64,000 nt of DNA from a virus: IMG/VR virus record IMGVR_UViG_3300047491_001507, one strand, 5' to 3'. The notes under the pieces were generated by a model, which was not told where the DNA came from, did not search any database, and was given only the letters and a program-made list of their open reading frames with translations. A program made the translations under genes and the position numbers. Below, in pieces: positions 1 through 8,941 of this stretch. The first letter of the stretch is position 1. Each line of letters opens with the position of its first letter.

Positions 1-208
1 CCAGTTCCACTACTATATTCATCGAGATTGTGTCCAAATCCACAACCGTATTTTGTGCTAAATCCACTACACCCACTTTCTCCGCTGCCATAACCCCCTT
101 CTAAACCACATCCATCTTCTAAACCATACCCATAACCACAATCTCCAAAACTATCGCCTATACTACAACCATGGCCATTTCCTTCTATACCAAACTTATC
201 TTCAGCAT
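1..208 (-). CDS. Gly/Cys-rich hypothetical protein, 5' part only; the gene runs off the window start
   Basis: Minus-strand ATG at 206-208 with an AGAGGGTG Shine-Dalgarno site upstream. Translation reads MNAEDKFGIEGNGHGCSIGDSFGDCGYGYGLEDGCGLEGGYGSGESGCSGF... and stays open to position 1. It was not in the ORF track because it is truncated. Confidence 0.3.
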
Positions 209-217
209 TCATCTCAA

Positions 218-688
218 TTACACCCTCTTTACATGTATCATCTTCCTGCCAGAAAATCCCTCAACCGCCTCTCTTGCTAAATTCTCTTTTGTATAGGCAG
301 TGCCTACCACATCCCCAGTGTCTACAATCCACCACTCTGATGGCTCACGGTCCAATTGTGATAATGAATTTATAAATTCTACATCAGATAATTCTTCTTT
401 TAACATTCTGATGTACTCTTCCATATCTTTGATTACTATCACATAATCAACTGTTTTGTTATAACATACATAATACCATGTATGATCACTAGAATAAATC
501 GTTCTGTGATTTAAACAAAAAAGTATACTTTTTAAAGAATCTAATTGTACTGGAGAAGAAAAATCCTCAATAGTAAACGAAATATGGATGGATTTCCCAT
601 CCAATTGTGAATTTAAAAATTGAATGCCTGGAAATTTGCCAAACAAACCCTTAATCTCTTCAACCTTGTCATCAAAAAAATCGTGCAT
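218..688 (-). CDS. hypothetical protein, paralog of 2316..2735 with a shared FPGIQFL motif
   Basis: 156-aa ORF with a GGAGGAAAAG Shine-Dalgarno site before the ATG. The central motif GKFPGIQFLNSQLDGKSIHISFT matches EQFPGIQFLDATLKGTLAEVTFT in the ORF at 2316..2735. Confidence 0.5.
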   Translation of the reverse strand: MHDFFDDKVEEIKGLFGKFPGIQFLNSQLDGKSIHISFTIEDFSSPVQLDSLKSILFCLNHRTIYSSDHTWYYVCYNKTVDYVIVIKDMEEYIRMLKEELSDVEFINSLSQLDREPSEWWIVDTGDVVGTAYTKENLAREAVEGFSGRKMIHVKRV

Positions 689-701
689 GCTTTTCCTCCG
701 T

Positions 702-1049
702 CTAATTTTTCAACTTAGCCAATAAATCCTTCAAAAACATTTCAACCTTTTCAAATGATGGAGCACCAATGATAATGTGACTGTTGTCACGATAGCCACT
801 ATCATTGTAAGCGAAAGTGAAAACCTTGTGTTTTTTCTTTGATTTAGAAATGGCACGTTCAACCAAAAGTTCATTTCGTTCTAAATCATCTTCGTCGCTT
901 TCGCAATCAAACCACTCAATTTGCCATCCTTTGGGAAGGTTGTTTGTCACAAATTCATAGAAACACTCGTCCTCGTCAGAATCTTCCAGTTTATCATACA
1001 ACTTGAATGCCAACTTTGTTAATGTGCTGTACTGTTTTTCTTCGTTCAT
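702..1049 (-). CDS. acidic hypothetical protein
   Basis: 115-aa ORF rich in D/E (EDSDEDECFYEF, CESDEDDLERNE). It is tightly packed between neighbouring genes. Confidence 0.4.
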   Translation of the reverse strand: MNEEKQYSTLTKLAFKLYDKLEDSDEDECFYEFVTNNLPKGWQIEWFDCESDEDDLERNELLVERAISKSKKKHKVFTFAYNDSGYRDNSHIIIGAPSFEKVEMFLKDLLAKLKN

Positions 1050-1066
1050 GTGATTAAAGTCCTAAA

Positions 1067-1378
1067 TTACCAAAACCTTCGACAAAGCCATTTCTTAAAC
1101 CAAGAATGATTCCACAGCCTGTCCTTAATAGACCTAGACCGCAAACGATAACCTTGACTTTCAATATTGTCCCAGGTGTGTTCCCATGGAATACGCTCAT
1201 CATTTGACATAAAATCATTAATATTCAAATCATTATCAATGCAAATTTGTTTTACAAGTTTTTCATATTCAATTTCCCAGTTGCGATTTAATTCTGCACG
1301 AAACACAGATTGTCGCTTTTTGGGACCTCTAAAGCCAACCCGCTTTTTGTCTTTAATTTTGCGATTGTGGTAAACCAT
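1067..1378 (-). CDS. basic hypothetical protein
   Basis: 103-aa ORF with a Lys/Arg-rich N-terminus (KIKDKKRVGFRGPKKRQ). Confidence 0.4.
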   Translation of the reverse strand: MVYHNRKIKDKKRVGFRGPKKRQSVFRAELNRNWEIEYEKLVKQICIDNDLNINDFMSNDERIPWEHTWDNIESQGYRLRSRSIKDRLWNHSWFKKWLCRRFW

Positions 1379-1399
1379 TTAAATCCTTCCTTCATCAAT

Positions 1400-1759
1400 T
1401 TATCTCATGTTCATAGAGTCTCTTGCGATGTCTGTATATGGAACTTGATTATTCAGTACTTTCTGATCAATCAAATCATCTCTATTTGGCAATGTATTAC
1501 AATCATAACACAATGTATAGACAAATACTCTGAATTTATTGGTTGCATCTAAACGTTTGCAATCATCTTCGCTAACACCTAAACGTTTGTAATCATCCTC
1601 TCTAGGAACATAAACAGAAGGCATTGCAGATGGCCCGTTACATAACAAACATCCATGTGAAAAATCTCCCATTGCCTCGTTTTGTGGGTTTCTTAAACAA
1701 CAAACCTTAAATTTCCTGCCGCTACCACACGGACAAGGACTATTGCGTCTAGCATTCAT
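1400..1759 (-). CDS. SEC-C-motif zinc-binding protein
   Basis: The N-terminus SPCPCGSGRKFKVCC matches the SEC-C metal-binding motif (CPCGSGKKYKxCC). More Cys pairs follow (CLLCNG, CYDCN). Confidence 0.45.
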   Translation of the reverse strand: MNARRNSPCPCGSGRKFKVCCLRNPQNEAMGDFSHGCLLCNGPSAMPSVYVPREDDYKRLGVSEDDCKRLDATNKFRVFVYTLCYDCNTLPNRDDLIDQKVLNNQVPYTDIARDSMNMR

Positions 1760-1935
1760 TCTGGAGTTCCTTTCAAATCAATCCATGGTGGAATTAAATC
1801 ATCTTTAGGTTCAAGAACAGGTTCTTGTCTAATTTTGTTCTGTTTTTGTATTCGACAAGATTTACATATTTTCTTTGACATTCCAATTCTTGTTTTGTGA
1901 CCACATTCAGGGCATATTCTCAATTTAGTTCCCAC
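1756..1935 (-). CDS. small zinc-ribbon protein, 59 aa, below the ORF-track length cutoff
   Basis: A GTG start is preceded by AGGACGAAAA. The product VGTKLRICPECGHKTRIGMSKKICKSCRIQKQ... has two CxxC pairs. Its TGA stop overlaps the ATG of the next gene (ATGA coupling). Confidence 0.3.
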   Translation of the reverse strand: MGTKLRICPECGHKTRIGMSKKICKSCRIQKQNKIRQEPVLEPKDDLIPPWIDLKGTPE

Positions 1936-1949
1936 TTTTCGTCCTAGCC

Positions 1950-2282
1950 TTATTTATACTTAAAACGGTCACGAGCATCCTGAAATGCCTCTTCCTTTGT
2001 TTTGTGGAAAAACTCCATTGTAGGCAACCAGTATTTTTCTGCATATTCTACGCCATTGTCAGGCCCATTGCCATCACTACCTTTCCACCATTTTCGAAAT
2101 ATTTGTAATGCTTCATTATAATTATTTGCCTTACCGTCGCTCCAAAGTATTCCTAGAAGATCGTTATAAGGAATACGATGTGCTTTTTGACATTCTTCAC
2201 ATCTCCATCCTGAATATGGTAGAAACGGTGATGGGGGACATTTATCGGTCAGTTTTTTGCAAACTAAACATGGGTGAGCCAT
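1950..2282 (-). CDS. Cys-rich hypothetical protein, putative zinc finger
   Basis: 110 aa. The N-terminus CLVCKK...C...WRCEECQK has four or more Cys in zinc-finger spacing. Confidence 0.4.
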   Translation of the reverse strand: MAHPCLVCKKLTDKCPPSPFLPYSGWRCEECQKAHRIPYNDLLGILWSDGKANNYNEALQIFRKWWKGSDGNGPDNGVEYAEKYWLPTMEFFHKTKEEAFQDARDRFKYK

Positions 2283-2315
2283 ATGTCATCCCTTTCTATA
2301 ATTTTGGATTGAAAT

Positions 2316-2735
2316 TTAATTTTTAGTAATTTTTGACAGTGCCGATTTTAATGCTAAAACATATTTGTCTAAATCTTCTAATTCAAACATTGTGATATAT
2401 TCGAATTTTTTATGATCAAAGCAATGTATGGTAGTCCAAACTGGACTACTACTTTCACAGGAAATCAGGGCTTTAAGTGAATTTTTACATTTTGATGTGA
2501 ATGTCACTTCAGCAAGTGTTCCCTTTAATGTTGCATCTAAAAATTGAATGCCTGGAAATTGCTCGATCAGTTTTTCAATTTCAGAAAATAGTGAGCATTC
2601 AAAAGAACCATCGTAATAATCATATTCTGTTACAAGTCCATTTACTGCGTCATGGACACGAAATTCATTCCATTGCTCTGCTTCAGCTTGAGCAATAACC
2701 TGTTTCAACTCATCTAACATTCTTTTTTCTTCCAT
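2316..2735 (-). CDS. hypothetical protein, paralog of 218..688
   Basis: I use the internal start MEEKRM, which is preceded by AAAAAAGGAA, to avoid a 107-nt overlap with the upstream gene. It shares the FPGIQFL motif with 218..688. Confidence 0.45.
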   Translation of the reverse strand: MEEKRMLDELKQVIAQAEAEQWNEFRVHDAVNGLVTEYDYYDGSFECSLFSEIEKLIEQFPGIQFLDATLKGTLAEVTFTSKCKNSLKALISCESSSPVWTTIHCFDHKKFEYITMFELEDLDKYVLALKSALSKITKN

Positions 2736-2736
2736 C

Positions 2737-3510
2737 TTAGATTCCTTTTTTCTGTTGATATTTTCCCTTGTAAATCTTCGCTCTACATTCTTTGCAAATA
2801 CATTTTTTGACACTAAAAGCATCCAAAGAAAGTACTCTACCACAAGTATTACATTTTTTCAACCCTTGTTCTGCAAGTGGATCAATTTTCTTTGGTTTAG
2901 GTTTACTGCCGCCAATGTGACCACCTTCCCACTCACAAATGTATCGGCCATTTTTGGCAACATTTTTGTCATGAGTTAATCGAAGGGCTTCGTGAGTGCA
3001 ATTACAGAATTGACACTCGACCAAAATTTTGTCGGTGGCTATGTGTTTGTGATAATATTTTTTGGATCGTTTTGAGTCCATTTCTTTGCGATATGCAACA
3101 TAATCTACACCTACAAGTTCACTGATATATTTATCTGCCCATTTTTTAGCATAATATTCATTCTTAAAACCAAGATCTGTTTCTGTCCAAATAATAAAAT
3201 CATAACCATGATCTAAAGCATATTGCCGATTGTCTTCAATTTGTTCTGAAAATTGTCCAAGACGACGAACAGGTTTCACCTCGATAATCTTCTTTGTTCC
3301 ATTTTTAAAATACACAATAAAATCAATAATTCGTTTGTTTCCATTAATTTCAAAATGAATTTGTGTTTCATAAAATGCGACATCATTATTTTCATCAAGC
3401 ATTAAACATGCTTTAAGTTCATAAGATGAACAACAATAAACTACTCCTGCTTTATCTGACTTGTGATAATGCCTTCTGACATATTTCATATTAGATGTAC
3501 TTTCACTCAT
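2737..3510 (-). CDS. PD-(D/E)XK-type endonuclease with C-terminal zinc ribbons, a possible free-standing homing endonuclease
   Basis: IDFIVYFKNGTKKIIEVKP gives a D..E.K nuclease motif. The C-terminus has CQFCNC and CNTCG...CICKEC Cys clusters. It lies immediately downstream of the major capsid gene. Confidence 0.4.
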   Translation of the reverse strand: MSESTSNMKYVRRHYHKSDKAGVVYCCSSYELKACLMLDENNDVAFYETQIHFEINGNKRIIDFIVYFKNGTKKIIEVKPVRRLGQFSEQIEDNRQYALDHGYDFIIWTETDLGFKNEYYAKKWADKYISELVGVDYVAYRKEMDSKRSKKYYHKHIATDKILVECQFCNCTHEALRLTHDKNVAKNGRYICEWEGGHIGGSKPKPKKIDPLAEQGLKKCNTCGRVLSLDAFSVKKCICKECRAKIYKGKYQQKKGI

Positions 3511-3539
3511 AAATATTTCCTTTAATTGAAAGTTATATT

Positions 3540-3568
3540 AATATAGTACATTACTAATCAAAATACAA
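3540..3568 (-). promoter_or_regulatory. putative sigma70-like promoter, TTGTAT-17-TATATT, on the minus strand
   Basis: On the minus strand the sequence reads TTGTATtttgattagtaatgtacTATATT. It lies upstream of the AAAGGAAA Shine-Dalgarno site and ATG of the endonuclease gene. Confidence 0.3.
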
Positions 3569-3596
3569 TAGAAAAGGCAGAAAATTATAAAATAAA

Positions 3597-3628
3597 AAAG
3601 CCCGCATTTCTGCGGGCTTTCTGTTTGT
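3597..3628 (-). terminator. rho-independent terminator after the major capsid gene, possibly bidirectional
   Basis: The minus-strand RNA folds as GCCCGCAG-AAAU-GCGGGC followed by UUUUUU. On the plus strand an A-tract precedes the stem and a short T-run follows it. Confidence 0.6.
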
Positions 3629-3657
3629 CTTAAGTCCTTAACTAGTAAGGATTTACG

Positions 3658-5106
3658 CTACACGATGAAATTTGCTATACTCATGCGTGCGTAAAATTTT
3701 GCCCCTTCACGTAACAACTTCTTTCCATATCTCGTAAGTATGCCTTTGCGGGGACAAAAACTCTCTGGATCTAACACAACTGGGGTCTGTGTTAGGGGTA
3801 CGTATGGGCAGTAGAAGTATCCACTATCCATATAGCTATCACCCTTATAACCCATGAGGATCTGTCCTTGTGGGAACAATGGGTCCTTATATAGTCTCCA
3901 TCTGTTGTTGATCGTTCCAACATATTGGATACCCAAAGAACTCGTGAATGTTTCCGAAGGAGCCGGTGCAAAACCAGCCGTAGCTGTCTCAAATACTGAG
4001 GCAACTTCGGGGGAAGTAACTAGCCAGTTACAACCACCACGGAGGGTTTTACGGTGAACGACGTTGCTAACTTCAACGACTTTCACATAGAGGCTTTCAT
4101 ACTTTTCCTTAATGGTATCACCGAGGGCTGTATTAAAGTCCCAAACGGCTACAGTACCAGCATTGTTGCGAAGATCGGTAAGAACTTCACGGTCGATTTC
4201 AAGGTTAATTTCTTGGGCGAGAACTGCTGTTAGTTCAGCTTCAGCGTCCAAGTTATGTTGGCTACGAAGATCTTGTTGAGCTTCATAGGACCAAACTGCC
4301 TTGAGTTTACGGGTTTTGGCGGCGATTTCTTCTGATTCAACGAGCAAGTTGACTTCAGGAAGATCCTGGTTGCATTCCATGTTATATTCATAGGACATAA
4401 CAACATGATTAGCACCTGGAGCCCCATTCCACGTTAGGGTTAGTTCACCGGTCACAGTATCAATAGATCCGCCAGTACACTTTGGTGCTGGGGTTCCAAT
4501 ATCACTGAAGGTGAAGGTTCCGGCTTCAGCAACTACGAAGGTTTGAACGGCGACTGAGCCATCGTAGATTGTACCAGTAAGAGTACCAGCAAGGACTGGT
4601 GTGTGCTCTAGTGGTGCGAAAACGGAGGTTACATCAGCACCGGCGTCAGTTGAGGAGGTCTCATTCTGAACGAACTGTGATGTGTAATAGATTTCTAGAT
4701 TTCCATCACCGCTAGCTAGCTGTTGCAATGAGGTGGCATCATCTGTGGGGTAGCCGCTGTTTAGGTCAGCACCACGCATAGCACCTTTATTGCTTGAGTA
4801 GCGGAATCGCAAGTAGTAGACCAAGCCGGTTGGGCCGAGCAACGGTTGAACGCTTACGATTTTGTTAGCGATAAGTTGTGGATAGATACGACGAACTAGA
4901 GGAATGCTAATTCTTTTGAATTGAGCAATATCTCCAGTATCGGTCATAGCTTCGTTCATAAGTCTCTGATTTTCCAACATGACAGCGGTAGTGGCTCGTT
5001 CATAACGATCCTTAATACCGTCGAGCAAAGATTTGCCATTGGAAAGAGGCTTAGACCATTTTGTTTCGATTTCTCGTGCTTCGTTTAGAAAGCGTGAATT
5101 TACCAT
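3658..5106 (-). CDS. major capsid protein, HK97-fold by position and size
   Basis: 482 aa. It follows the scaffold and protease genes, has a strong Shine-Dalgarno site (AAGAGGT) and a terminator downstream. Its GC content is higher than that of its neighbours. Confidence 0.7.
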   Translation of the reverse strand: MVNSRFLNEAREIETKWSKPLSNGKSLLDGIKDRYERATTAVMLENQRLMNEAMTDTGDIAQFKRISIPLVRRIYPQLIANKIVSVQPLLGPTGLVYYLRFRYSSNKGAMRGADLNSGYPTDDATSLQQLASGDGNLEIYYTSQFVQNETSSTDAGADVTSVFAPLEHTPVLAGTLTGTIYDGSVAVQTFVVAEAGTFTFSDIGTPAPKCTGGSIDTVTGELTLTWNGAPGANHVVMSYEYNMECNQDLPEVNLLVESEEIAAKTRKLKAVWSYEAQQDLRSQHNLDAEAELTAVLAQEINLEIDREVLTDLRNNAGTVAVWDFNTALGDTIKEKYESLYVKVVEVSNVVHRKTLRGGCNWLVTSPEVASVFETATAGFAPAPSETFTSSLGIQYVGTINNRWRLYKDPLFPQGQILMGYKGDSYMDSGYFYCPYVPLTQTPVVLDPESFCPRKGILTRYGKKLLREGAKFYARMSIANFIV

Positions 5107-5126
5107 ATTAATTACCTCTTATTCAA

Positions 5127-6020
5127 TTAGCTTTGTACAATACCTGAAAGAACCAACAGATCGTTCAGCGGTTCGTCCTCGCCCTTTGGAGGATTTTTGC
5201 TGCTGCTCGATGGATCAGTTGCATACTCAGCAATAATTTGCTCAGCAACAACTCTTTGACCACGCCCGCTTGCATTCTTTACTTTACTTTCTCTTTCTTG
5301 CTTTTTCAGTTGAGAAGCTTCTGTGAGTAATTGGCTTGCTTCTTTAACTTGCTCATTGAGTTTGTTATTTTGGGCAGACAATTTAACATTACGGGCTTCC
5401 ACGATACGTAATTGACCTTTAAGTTGTTCAAGTTGTTTATTTGTTTCTTCTAAGCGAGAAGTAGCAACTTGAGATAGCTGATCACCTTCTACGTATCGAG
5501 AGAGTAGTTCAGCCATTTTTTCGACAACAACACGCTGTTCAGCGAGTTGGGGGTCACTAAGAACATCACGTTTAGCGTGTTCATAGATTTCGGATTCTTG
5601 TAGATTTAAGAATTGATCAACTTTATCAACGATGAAGTCTTTCATATTCTTAAGTTTGCTATCGAATTCTTCATAGAGTTCGACTTCGATATTTTCGTTT
5701 TTACCTTTTTCTTTTTGGAGTTCTTGGTAAGCCTCTTCAAAACCTTCTTCTAGAGCGTGTTCTAATTCTTCACGTTGCTCATCAAGACGGTTCATAAGAG
5801 AGGCAATAATTTCATAAGCCTGTTGATACCCCTGTTCAGCAATGGCTTCATTAGCCGTTTTCTCTTCTGTGATTTGCTCATAAGCTTCATTCAATTTAGC
5901 TTGAAATTCTGCTTCAAGTTCCTCAACTTGTTCAGCAACCATAGTTTCAACTGCACTAGCTACTTCGCCAACCTGTTCTTCAGGAAGAATCTTCTTTAGT
6001 GATTCAATGATTTTATCCAT
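5127..6020 (-). CDS. scaffolding protein
   Basis: 297 aa, strongly acidic and Q/E/K-rich with heptad-like coiled-coil character. It sits between the prohead protease and the major capsid protein. Confidence 0.5.
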   Translation of the reverse strand: MDKIIESLKKILPEEQVGEVASAVETMVAEQVEELEAEFQAKLNEAYEQITEEKTANEAIAEQGYQQAYEIIASLMNRLDEQREELEHALEEGFEEAYQELQKEKGKNENIEVELYEEFDSKLKNMKDFIVDKVDQFLNLQESEIYEHAKRDVLSDPQLAEQRVVVEKMAELLSRYVEGDQLSQVATSRLEETNKQLEQLKGQLRIVEARNVKLSAQNNKLNEQVKEASQLLTEASQLKKQERESKVKNASGRGQRVVAEQIIAEYATDPSSSSKNPPKGEDEPLNDLLVLSGIVQS

Positions 6021-6700
6021 TATTGCAACCTCGATTTATAATTCTGAGTTTTAGATCTTACAAAGCCGCCCAAGCAAGCGATCAATGCCTCTTTATTAAC
6101 TTTATGTATGCTGCTAGATTCATTTTTAGCAGAAGAAAGTGGCTGAATTTTAGAGAAATTTACGCTTTCTCTTTTAGGTTTCGAAACAACCTTATCTTGA
6201 AATGCGGCAAACGTACTCGGATCAGCAACAGCGTCAAAGGTAATTAATCTATAAGATTCACCAATAACGAGGATGCCGTCCTCATTAACCTTACCATTTC
6301 CTACACCTCTGGAAGAAATGCCTACTCTAACATTATCCTCGATAAGAGCTTTAAGAACTTTACCGTGGGGTGTATTGAGAATTTCTCCTTCGCCCATAAG
6401 GATGTTTCCATCCCACCATAGTTTGGTAACAATATGTGAGGCATTGGCGAAGTGGATAATACTATCAGTTGGATGATCTAGTTCACCGATTAGTCTTCGT
6501 TCGGCAATAGCTTCATTAAGACGTTCAACGTTTTCACTAAGAACATCAAACGGATACATGCGTTTATTTTTGTTAACAGCTTCGGCTTCTTGGAATTTAC
6601 CACGGAATTTAACGAGCCCACCTGAGTGGGTGGACTCGCTTAATTGTAATTCATTAAAGCCAGAGCCTAAACAACAATCTATTAATAACATTTGATCCAT
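6020..6700 (-). CDS. prohead maturation protease, HK97 gp4-like (S78 family)
   Basis: GELDHP supplies the conserved His region. VRVGISSRGVGNGKV and RLITFDAVADPSTFAA resemble the vSiGF and EvSlV..PA blocks of S78 proteases. Its position is between the portal and scaffold genes. Confidence 0.6.
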   Translation of the reverse strand: MDQMLLIDCCLGSGFNELQLSESTHSGGLVKFRGKFQEAEAVNKNKRMYPFDVLSENVERLNEAIAERRLIGELDHPTDSIIHFANASHIVTKLWWDGNILMGEGEILNTPHGKVLKALIEDNVRVGISSRGVGNGKVNEDGILVIGESYRLITFDAVADPSTFAAFQDKVVSKPKRESVNFSKIQPLSSAKNESSSIHKVNKEALIACLGGFVRSKTQNYKSRLQ

Positions 6701-6720
6701 GTTGTTGCTCCTTAATGAAG

Positions 6721-8403
6721 TTATTTATCGACTACTAAATCTTTCTCTTTCATTTTGTAACTCTTACCAGCTTCCTTAGGAACATAGGGGTTCTGTAAGG
6801 AAGGATAAGTGTCCTTGGACTTCCAAGTAGCACCGAATTGTCCCTTAGAATCTTTATCGACGCCTTTTTCGCCTTTCATGGTGTAATCACCGAAGGGCTT
6901 GGGCACGTATGGATTCTTTAATTTCGGGAATACTTCACTGCCACCTTCTTGACCCCAGCTTTTTCCAGCGGCTGCTGATTTAACGCCACCAGCTTTATAT
7001 CCGCCATCATCATTAACACTAGGAAGTTCGGCTCCCCAATCGCCATTATGTTTGGCGGGAGTGCCATCAACCTGAGCTAATTTGGCCATATTGGGATGAT
7101 CGCCAGAAACTGTTTGGTGTGGTTTATTGGAGACATTCCACTTGCCAGCACCTTGCACATTGGCTTCGACCAATTCGGACAGCCAATTAGCAGCTTCTTC
7201 AGCAACGGCGAGATCTGGGTTTACATGTCCATTAAGGATATCAGCCAATTCACCGAGATATGCATTAGCATATTGTTTGACGGCATTATCTTTAGAATTT
7301 TTAGAGATAGCTTCTAATGATTCATACAAATCAACAAAAGCTTTTCTTTCAAGGCCGAACTTTTCATCCAAAGCTGGATAGAATTGTTCAACAACATTTT
7401 GAAATTCTAGATAAGCATCTTCGTTGCTAAGCTTAGCATTGGCTAAGTGTAGGATTTGAGCGACTTTTTCTTGATAAGCAGAGCATGCTTTACGGAGAAT
7501 ACCTTCTGCCATAAATTCGCATGTTTGATCATCATAGTTAGTTGCATCTACAGCTTCCAAAGATTCCTTAATAAGTTGAGAAAGTTCATTTTCTGTGACA
7601 TAGATCAACTGTGGCCAATTTTTAACAACATTATCAAGAGCTTCTTCTAGTCCTTGGGGATCAGAAAAGCTATTTTGTCGTTTCAGATTTGCAATAGCCT
7701 TACAAAAAGCTTGATCTTCTGTTAACTTTGCTACTTCTCCACGATTGGTATGAAGGTCAAAATTAGGTGCTCTCCATTCAGCACGTTGAATCCTGCTTCG
7801 ATTGCGTTCCTCAATAGTGCCGATGCTAACATCAGTAACCTGACCTTTATCATTGGTTCTGATTTCTGATTCGGCCAAAGTAGGACCGAATTTCATAAAA
7901 TCAACATATTCTAGAACGTTTTGAGCTACAGAATAGACTCCATCTAATCCTGCCTTTTTTGCTTCCTTCATTAAATTTGTTTTCTTCTTGGGTTTTTCGG
8001 AGCAGCATTTACGTGCTTCCCGATAATCACTCCAACGAACATTGCCAAGATATTCATTAAACAAAATTTCGGCTTTAGCGGAATCATCTTGAATAATAGC
8101 ATCAATCATTTCAGAGAGCAGGCTCTTGATTTTGCTTTGTCGAGTTGATTCATCAATTACTAATTCTTCGATGTTAGTAAAATTGACACGATCTTTCTTA
8201 ACATCAAAACCAGCATGTACAAAGTTGTCGTCCTTTGTCTTGTAAACAACAGCGTTTTCTGTGAAGCAATGAAGCTCCAAATCGCTTGTTTCCAGGGTTT
8301 TTGCTAGAATTGGTGCAGCCTCGACTAATTCACGTTCTGCCACAGTAACAGAATTTTGCTTAATTCTATCGAAGGCGTCTTGTTGAATGAGTTTTCGTCT
8401 CAT
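6721..8403 (-). CDS. putative minor head or virion protein, 560 aa
   Basis: A large ORF in the head module. The C-terminus carries repeated NPYVPKPFGDYTMKGEKG and NPYVPKEAGKSYKMKEKD units. Confidence 0.35.
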   Translation of the reverse strand: MRRKLIQQDAFDRIKQNSVTVAERELVEAAPILAKTLETSDLELHCFTENAVVYKTKDDNFVHAGFDVKKDRVNFTNIEELVIDESTRQSKIKSLLSEMIDAIIQDDSAKAEILFNEYLGNVRWSDYREARKCCSEKPKKKTNLMKEAKKAGLDGVYSVAQNVLEYVDFMKFGPTLAESEIRTNDKGQVTDVSIGTIEERNRSRIQRAEWRAPNFDLHTNRGEVAKLTEDQAFCKAIANLKRQNSFSDPQGLEEALDNVVKNWPQLIYVTENELSQLIKESLEAVDATNYDDQTCEFMAEGILRKACSAYQEKVAQILHLANAKLSNEDAYLEFQNVVEQFYPALDEKFGLERKAFVDLYESLEAISKNSKDNAVKQYANAYLGELADILNGHVNPDLAVAEEAANWLSELVEANVQGAGKWNVSNKPHQTVSGDHPNMAKLAQVDGTPAKHNGDWGAELPSVNDDGGYKAGGVKSAAAGKSWGQEGGSEVFPKLKNPYVPKPFGDYTMKGEKGVDKDSKGQFGATWKSKDTYPSLQNPYVPKEAGKSYKMKEKDLVVDK

Positions 8404-8587
8404 AATATATAACTCCTCGATTGTTTATTGCTTTGTAGGCATCTAACCTTAATATGTTGTTGCTTAGCACTACAGCTTTTGTTATTTTTATATACTCTGC
8501 TGGTTGTAATTTTAAACAAAATCTTACTAAATAGTTTATCTATTCGCTAATATTAGATATATAGAAACAACTTTAAAGGGGATTCAG

Positions 8588-8941
8588 ATGTCATTATTTC
8601 AACAATGGCTCAAAAAACGCAACTTAATAGAAAGTGGGCTAGAAGATAAATTTCAATTTTCAGATAAGGACTTGGAAAATTCTGATGATATGGGAGCTAC
8701 CGATTATGCAGATGATCACGATCATATTCGGGATGAACTTTTTAAAGTTGTTATGAGCAAATACCCCACAGAAACCATTGAATTTTTAAATGGAATCGCT
8801 CAACGAGGAGACGAAGAAGTTTCGCTCTTATTAAGCAAAGTACAGAAAAATACTCCTCACAATCAAGATATAAGACATCCAAGAGAACGGGATGAAGTAA
8901 AGCCACCTACTGCGGATACTGGTCATAATCCAATGGACTAA
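8588..8941 (+). CDS. acidic hypothetical protein, a plus-strand insertion in the head module
   Basis: 117 aa with an AAAGGGGA Shine-Dalgarno site. It is oriented opposite to the surrounding structural genes. Confidence 0.4.
   Translation: MSLFQQWLKKRNLIESGLEDKFQFSDKDLENSDDMGATDYADDHDHIRDELFKVVMSKYPTETIEFLNGIAQRGDEEVSLLLSKVQKNTPHNQDIRHPRERDEVKPPTADTGHNPMD

Noticed and set aside
3792-4427. Short ORFs on both strands inside the major capsid gene
   Set aside because: They are fully nested in the 482-aa capsid ORF. They lack ribosome-binding sites, and the GC-richer composition inflates random ORF length there.
8404-8587. Possible CRISPR or repeat array in the largest intergenic region
   Set aside because: No direct repeats with regular spacing are present. 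The region is AT-rich divergent promoter DNA between the minus-strand head gene and the plus-strand inserted genes. I could not pin down an unambiguous -35/-10 pair.
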